Shown here piece by piece: positions 42,977-47,401 of a DNA stretch of 47,401 nucleotides. The stretch is from an uncultured Puniceicoccaceae bacterium (GTDB lineage: Bacteria > Verrucomicrobiota > Verrucomicrobiia > Opitutales > Coraliomargaritaceae). Under the pieces are notes generated by a model that made no database searches, was not told where the DNA came from, and saw nothing but the letters and a program-made list of their open reading frames with translations. The position numbers and the translations under genes were made by a program. How positions within the stretch are numbered: the stretch's first letter is position 1; every line of letters begins with the position of its first letter. Location of the stretch: assembly GCA_964406045.1 (NCBI GenBank), contig CAYOQD010000001.1, positions 1 to 47,401 of the forward strand. Reading direction: 5' to 3'.

Positions 42977-44095
42977 TCACTTAACAAACTCTAAGTATTT
43001 GGACATGATTCGACTTGAAAGATTTCTAATACAGAAATGTGTATTCGCAGTTTCCAAAGAATTTGAGCGTAACTTCAACCTATGGGATTCATCCATGCAA
43101 AGGCTCATTAACTCGGCCAATTCACCAACATCCCCAGTGGTGAAGTGATAGCCATTTCTTCCGTACTCTATCTGGTCAGAGCATCCCTCAGTATTCGTTC
43201 GAATCGGAACGACGCCACAAGCCATCGCCTCCACAACAACCATGGGAAACCCCTCAACCGAAGATGGCAACAAAAGTGAATCCGAGGCCCACAGAGTCAA
43301 ACGAGGTTCTTGAAAACCAAGTAAGTGAACGGAGTCACCCAATCCATGTTTCGAAATGAAGGCTTTCATGTCTGCCTCCATCGGACCTTTTCCTGCAAAA
43401 ATCAAATGCAATTCCCTGTCAGGCAGACGATTTCGAAGCGTTAAGAACGCATTGAGTGAATCAAACGGTCTTTTCACTTCATCCAGCCTACCCAACTGTA
43501 TAAAAACAATCGCAGCATGAGGCAGTCCTAGCACGGCTCTCGCATCCTGTTTTTCAGTGGAACTGGGCGCTTTGAAATAATCCAGATCAACTCCAGTCAA
43601 AACCTTCTGAACTTGATCAGGTCGAATCATGTATTCATTCAGGTATTCACGCTCTATTTCCGTTGATATTGCGAAATATGTTCTAGCAAGGATACGACTG
43701 AGTCCCTTCGAAAAAATAAGTTTACTCCATCGATTCCGATTCGAAGATCCATCCCTCCCCAAGTGCGAAGTGCCAAAAACCGGTATTCCTGTAAGCCAAC
43801 CGACTGGAGAAACTCGCTTCAAACAGTGTAATTCGTGTACATGAATTACATCAATTTCCTCACGTAAGATTAATTCACGTAACTCAAGAATCGATTTCAA
43901 GGAGCAGTTATCCATACTGTGATTAGTGAGTACCACTTCACAATAAGAACTGACTAATGATTCCATCGATGAATCAGGTAAATCAATAGAATGTGCAAAC
44001 AAAACAACCTCACAGTCTAATGATTGAGCTAAACGCGAGCAGTAAACGGCGAGCCCGTTCTCATTTAGACAATTTATAAAAAATCCAACTTTCAT
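42977..44095 (-). CDS. Glycosyltransferase family 4 (GT-B)
   Basis: GVDL, GRLDEVKR, AGKGP, LPSSVEGFPMVVVEAMACGV (EX7E). Confidence 0.92.
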   Translation of the reverse strand: MKVGFFINCLNENGLAVYCSRLAQSLDCEVVLFAHSIDLPDSSMESLVSSYCEVVLTNHSMDNCSLKSILELRELILREEIDVIHVHELHCLKRVSPVGWLTGIPVFGTSHLGRDGSSNRNRWSKLIFSKGLSRILARTYFAISTEIEREYLNEYMIRPDQVQKVLTGVDLDYFKAPSSTEKQDARAVLGLPHAAIVFIQLGRLDEVKRPFDSLNAFLTLRNRLPDRELHLIFAGKGPMEADMKAFISKHGLGDSVHLLGFQEPRLTLWASDSLLLPSSVEGFPMVVVEAMACGVVPIRTNTEGCSDQIEYGRNGYHFTTGDVGELAELMSLCMDESHRLKLRSNSLETANTHFCIRNLSSRIMSKYLEFVK

Positions 44096-44212
44096 AAATG
44101 TTTCAATTATATGTAAGGTGACATGTGCCTTTCTTAATCGCGCATTAAGGCTAATACTATGACGTGATACATCCTCAACTGCAAGCGGCCTATTGATTAA
44201 TCCGAGGGCAAC

Positions 44213-45502
44213 TCATAGGTAGGATAGAGAGGTTAACTCCCGATAGGCCAACTCGACTCCAAAAGGCTTATCATTCTGGACATCCCCCCAAGTGATCGGC
44301 TTGCCTTTAGGGATATCTCGCAAGATCATTTTCCCTGCGGCCAGTCCTACCGGAAGTAACTCTTCGCTACGCATGATCGGACTGTTTTCACATTCTCCAT
44401 AGTATGCGAAACCACCAAGTCCATCTATAATATCACCCGCCTTGAGTGCCTTCTTCGCGATTGCAACGACCTCCACCTTGAACGCATCCAATGCGTCAAC
44501 GGTTCCGTCAGAAAAGTCCACCAAGCGAACGATGGAGAACGGAAGTTCGAAAAACAACAAGTGATAAGGAACGTAGAAACTATAGAGCGGACCTTTACCG
44601 AGCTTCCCATAGTCAAGAAAATGCCGTGAGACTGGATCGTCCGTAGTCGCATACACAAAGACCCCAGGACCAGGCTGGGCACCGACCACCATCTCGACAA
44701 TCCCACCAAGCGCCTTGAGTTGATCGAGATCATAGCGATCTGTCAGGGCATCAATGTGCTCACTCGACTCGATCGCAAGCATCCCGCGGCGAGCGACTTG
44801 CATTCCTGTCGCATTGGCGATGCAAGCTTGTTCAAGTGCGACCTTAGTGCCGTCGGCAAAACTAGTCACCATATTGACACTGAGTCCGCACTGCTCCGCA
44901 AAGCCTTTCTGCGTATCCGGGTTGCGATCGTGGTCGAGCATCCCCTTGATGTTGCCGCATACCAGCGGCGTAAACCCCATCGATCTGACATGACGATATA
45001 GATTCAGAGTGACTCCGGGTTGATCACCATCTCCGAGCGTATAGCGTACACCCGCCTGCGCAGCCTTCTGCTGCAAATAAGGACCGATGGTGGCATCGAT
45101 CTCAGCATTAAACGTCACCACATGCTTACCAGCTGCAAAGGATTTTAATATGACGTCAAACGCAAACTCAATTGCCCCCGTCATTTCAACGATCACGTCG
45201 ATACATGCCGCATCGATCAATACGTGCGCAGACTCAGTCACCACTGCTCGACTTCGACGAATCGCATCATCCACTTGACTGGCAGTGCTTGCAGACAGCA
45301 CACCCTCGACCCCAGCAGTTTGGTAGGCCTGATGCGCACGCGCTATTGTGCGGTTATAAATCGCCGCAATCCGCATACCGGGGATGTAACGCTCGATCTG
45401 ATTAACTAAACCAATGGCCATCTCGCCAGCGCCGATCAAACCGACCTGTATCGGCGTCCCTGCGGCTTCACGCTCACTTAATTTCTGATCAACAATTATC
45501 AT
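44213..45502 (-). CDS. NAD(P)-dependent oxidoreductase with C-terminal SAF domain (homoserine-dehydrogenase-like, StrU-like)
   Basis: VGLIGAG Rossmann motif, NAEIDATIGP, GDQPGV, SFADGTK, PYHL, SAF domain AKKALKAGDIIDGLGG...LLPVGLA; ATG at 45502. Confidence 0.85.
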   Translation of the reverse strand: MIIVDQKLSEREAAGTPIQVGLIGAGEMAIGLVNQIERYIPGMRIAAIYNRTIARAHQAYQTAGVEGVLSASTASQVDDAIRRSRAVVTESAHVLIDAACIDVIVEMTGAIEFAFDVILKSFAAGKHVVTFNAEIDATIGPYLQQKAAQAGVRYTLGDGDQPGVTLNLYRHVRSMGFTPLVCGNIKGMLDHDRNPDTQKGFAEQCGLSVNMVTSFADGTKVALEQACIANATGMQVARRGMLAIESSEHIDALTDRYDLDQLKALGGIVEMVVGAQPGPGVFVYATTDDPVSRHFLDYGKLGKGPLYSFYVPYHLLFFELPFSIVRLVDFSDGTVDALDAFKVEVVAIAKKALKAGDIIDGLGGFAYYGECENSPIMRSEELLPVGLAAGKMILRDIPKGKPITWGDVQNDKPFGVELAYRELTSLSYL

Positions 45503-45533
45503 CTTTTTTATTTTAGTAGCTGGGTTGCTGCAA

Positions 45534-46085
45534 TTATTGAAAATATGGTGCTTGCAGCACCTCGAAGAGTGGCCATGCAGCATCTTTCTCAGAAATAACT
45601 TCGACCGGCAGCGGCCATTTAATATCAAACCGAGGATCATTATAGCGCACGCCTGCTTCTAGTTCGGGAGTATAAAACTCACTGACCATATAGAGTGCCT
45701 CCGTCTCATCCACCAAAGTCATAAAGCCATGTGCGAAACCGCGCGGCACAAAAAGCATCTTCAGATTATCAGCAGTCAACGTCACTCCGTAGTGTTGCAA
45801 ATAGGTCGAGGAACTGGGCCGTAGATCGATAATGACATCATACAGAGCTCCGCGCACACAGCGCAGTAATTTCGTTTCCATGGCTGGGGCTTGTTGAAAA
45901 TGCATGCCACGCAGTGTCCCAGCCTTCTGACTGAACGAAACATTACTCTGCACCATGTTCGACTCGATGCCATGCGCTTCAAACGCATCTCGACAAAATG
46001 CACGGGCAAAATAGCCACGATCATCACCATGTGCTTCGAGCTCAATGAGCCAAGCATCCTGAAGGGGTATTCTTTCAAATTTCAT
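45534..46085 (-). CDS. rfbC: NDP-4-keto-6-deoxyhexose 3,5-epimerase (RmlC/RfbC cupin family)
   Basis: DDRGYFAR, GTLRGMHFQ, KLLRCVRG, DLRPSS, VPRGFAHGF, SEKD. Confidence 0.9.
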   Translation of the reverse strand: MKFERIPLQDAWLIELEAHGDDRGYFARAFCRDAFEAHGIESNMVQSNVSFSQKAGTLRGMHFQQAPAMETKLLRCVRGALYDVIIDLRPSSSTYLQHYGVTLTADNLKMLFVPRGFAHGFMTLVDETEALYMVSEFYTPELEAGVRYNDPRFDIKWPLPVEVISEKDAAWPLFEVLQAPYFQ

Positions 46086-47181
46086 TATAGAATCGCTCTG
46101 TGTACTCGTGGATCTGTGACTGCGTCTTCAACAAGGGTGTCGCCTCACCGTCGTGCACCGACCGATACCAATCCACGGTATGCGTAATCGCACGATCAAA
46201 GTCCCACACGGGCTTCCAACTCAATAAACGTTCCGCCTTATCGATCGCCAGGTTGAGTAAGTTCGCTTCATGCGGCGGATGCGAATCGGCATCCGCCTGC
46301 CAAGCCCCCGGCCAGAGAGCTAGCACCTGCTCGACCAATTCACTCACTGCACGATTGTCCTCGGGATCTGGGCCGAAATTGAAGCCAGTGCAGACTTCTG
46401 CCCTTCGCGTACTGCCCTTCGCCTCGGCCATACCTAACGCCAGCAGAAGATAGCCCCCTAAAGGTTCTAGCACATGCTGCCATGGACGTGTGGCTCCGAC
46501 ATTACGAACGTGAATCGCCTGCCCCTGCGCGAGTGTCCGCATACAGTCGGGCACGATTCGATCCAAGGCCCAATCACCACCACCGATCACATTCCCGGCA
46601 CGTGCCGATGCGAGCGATATCTGATGCGTGCTTCCATATTTAGCCGGATCAAAGAAAGAACGACGATACGAAGCGATCACCAACTCTGCCGCACCTTTAC
46701 TGGCACTATACGGATCATGCCCACCCATCGGATCATCTTCACGGTAAGGCTCCAACCGTTCACGGTTCTCGTAGCACTTGTCCGTCGTAATCATGACCGC
46801 CTCGCAGCGCTTCGTTAATTGACGAATCCCTTCCATCAAATGAATCGTGCCCATTATATTCGTCGAAAAAGTCTCCACAGGAGACTCGTAGGAATAGCGA
46901 ACCAGCGGTTGTGCGGCCAAATGAAAGACGACATCAGGTTGCGCATCTTTCACCAACTGGACCAATTGCTCAGCTTCGCAAATATCCAAGATGTGATGCT
47001 CCATTCGACTCGCTAAATCAAGCTGGTCAAAAAGTGAGGGCGTCGTATTCGGCTCTAAGCTGACTCCAACAAGGTCGACTCCCAGGCTCAAGAGCCATTC
47101 GCTCATCCATGATCCCTTGAAACCAGTATGCCCGGTCACTAGGACGCGCTTTCCTTTATAATAAGACTCTAGTTTATTCAT
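46075..47181 (-). CDS. rfbG: CDP-glucose 4,6-dehydratase
   Basis: VTGHTGFKGSW, HLAAQPLVR, TDKCYEN, DPYSASK, RAGNVIGGGDW, TRPWQHVLEPL, FNFGP; ATG at 47181. Confidence 0.96.
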   Translation of the reverse strand: MNKLESYYKGKRVLVTGHTGFKGSWMSEWLLSLGVDLVGVSLEPNTTPSLFDQLDLASRMEHHILDICEAEQLVQLVKDAQPDVVFHLAAQPLVRYSYESPVETFSTNIMGTIHLMEGIRQLTKRCEAVMITTDKCYENRERLEPYREDDPMGGHDPYSASKGAAELVIASYRRSFFDPAKYGSTHQISLASARAGNVIGGGDWALDRIVPDCMRTLAQGQAIHVRNVGATRPWQHVLEPLGGYLLLALGMAEAKGSTRRAEVCTGFNFGPDPEDNRAVSELVEQVLALWPGAWQADADSHPPHEANLLNLAIDKAERLLSWKPVWDFDRAITHTVDWYRSVHDGEATPLLKTQSQIHEYTERFYNEI

Positions 47182-47197
47182 CTTCGACCAATTCCCA

Positions 47198-47401
47198 TTA
47201 ATCCCAGAGCTTCCATGGTGCCTTGCCGGACTCCCAGAGTTCTTCAAGAGCCATTTTGTCACGCAACGTATCCATCGGCTGCCAGAAGCCATCGTGACGA
47301 TACGCAGCCATTTCATCTTCTTTCGCGAGGGTTTGCATCGGAGATTTCTCCCATGGGTCCGCGTCGGATTGGGTGTTATCGATCACCCTTTGCCGCCTCC
47401 C
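47198..47401 (-). CDS. rfbF: Glucose-1-phosphate cytidylyltransferase, C-terminal part (truncated by window edge)
   Basis: WEKSPM..LA...[32 protein letters not shown]; directly upstream of rfbG; frame open to the window end. Confidence 0.92.
   Translation of the reverse strand, partial: GRRQRVIDNTQSDADPWEKSPMQTLAKEDEMAAYRHDGFWQPMDTLRDKMALEELWESGKAPWKLWD

Noticed and set aside
47372-47401. RfbF sequence deviating from the family ([10 protein letters not shown]) as a truncation or insertion junction
   Set aside because: It is the last 30 nt of the window, the frame stays open, and low-quality contig-end sequence is an equally good explanation.
25067-47401. Absence of wzy/wzz/wza/wzc as evidence of a novel polymerisation route
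   Set aside because: The locus is cut by the window edge, so these genes may be upstream of rfbF or elsewhere.

Overview
Bacterial window of about 40 genes, most consistent with a Verrucomicrobiota (Opitutia/Puniceicoccales, Coraliomargarita/Lentimonas-like) genome. This is inferred from a TIGR02597-like protein, Verrucomicrobia-type C-terminal domains and overall gene content. Bases 1-25,000 are mostly GC-rich housekeeping genes: SLT, RluA, TonB-like, maf, TolC, nadE, hemL, metF, glgB, lptD, scpA, trxA and mpl. They are interrupted by an AT-richer nrfH-nrfA-ccsBA(nrfI-like) nitrite-ammonification (DNRA) module at about 9.9-14.6 kb. Bases 25,000-47,401 are a Wzx-type surface-polysaccharide locus running off the right edge: rfbF, rfbG, an epimerase, a SAF-domain oxidoreductase, four glycosyltransferases, a sulfotransferase, a flippase and a WbaP-like initiating transferase. 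Between the flippase and the initiating transferase lies a block of about 10 kb. It holds two tandem uncharacterised membrane paralogues, a 1361-aa lectin/cadherin adhesin with split cadherin domains, an alginate-lyase-like protein with a variant active-site motif, a TIGR02597-like protein and a further secreted protein. Three of the secreted proteins share a C-terminal domain. This block is the best candidate for an undescribed glycan-coupled surface-display system (inference). Non-coding features include two degenerate GTAG-type REP doublets, inverted heptamer arrays between nadE and hemL, a perfect palindromic operator over the metF promoter, and terminators. No tRNA, rRNA, CRISPR array or transposase was recognised. 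All family calls are by motif recognition only; no searches were run.
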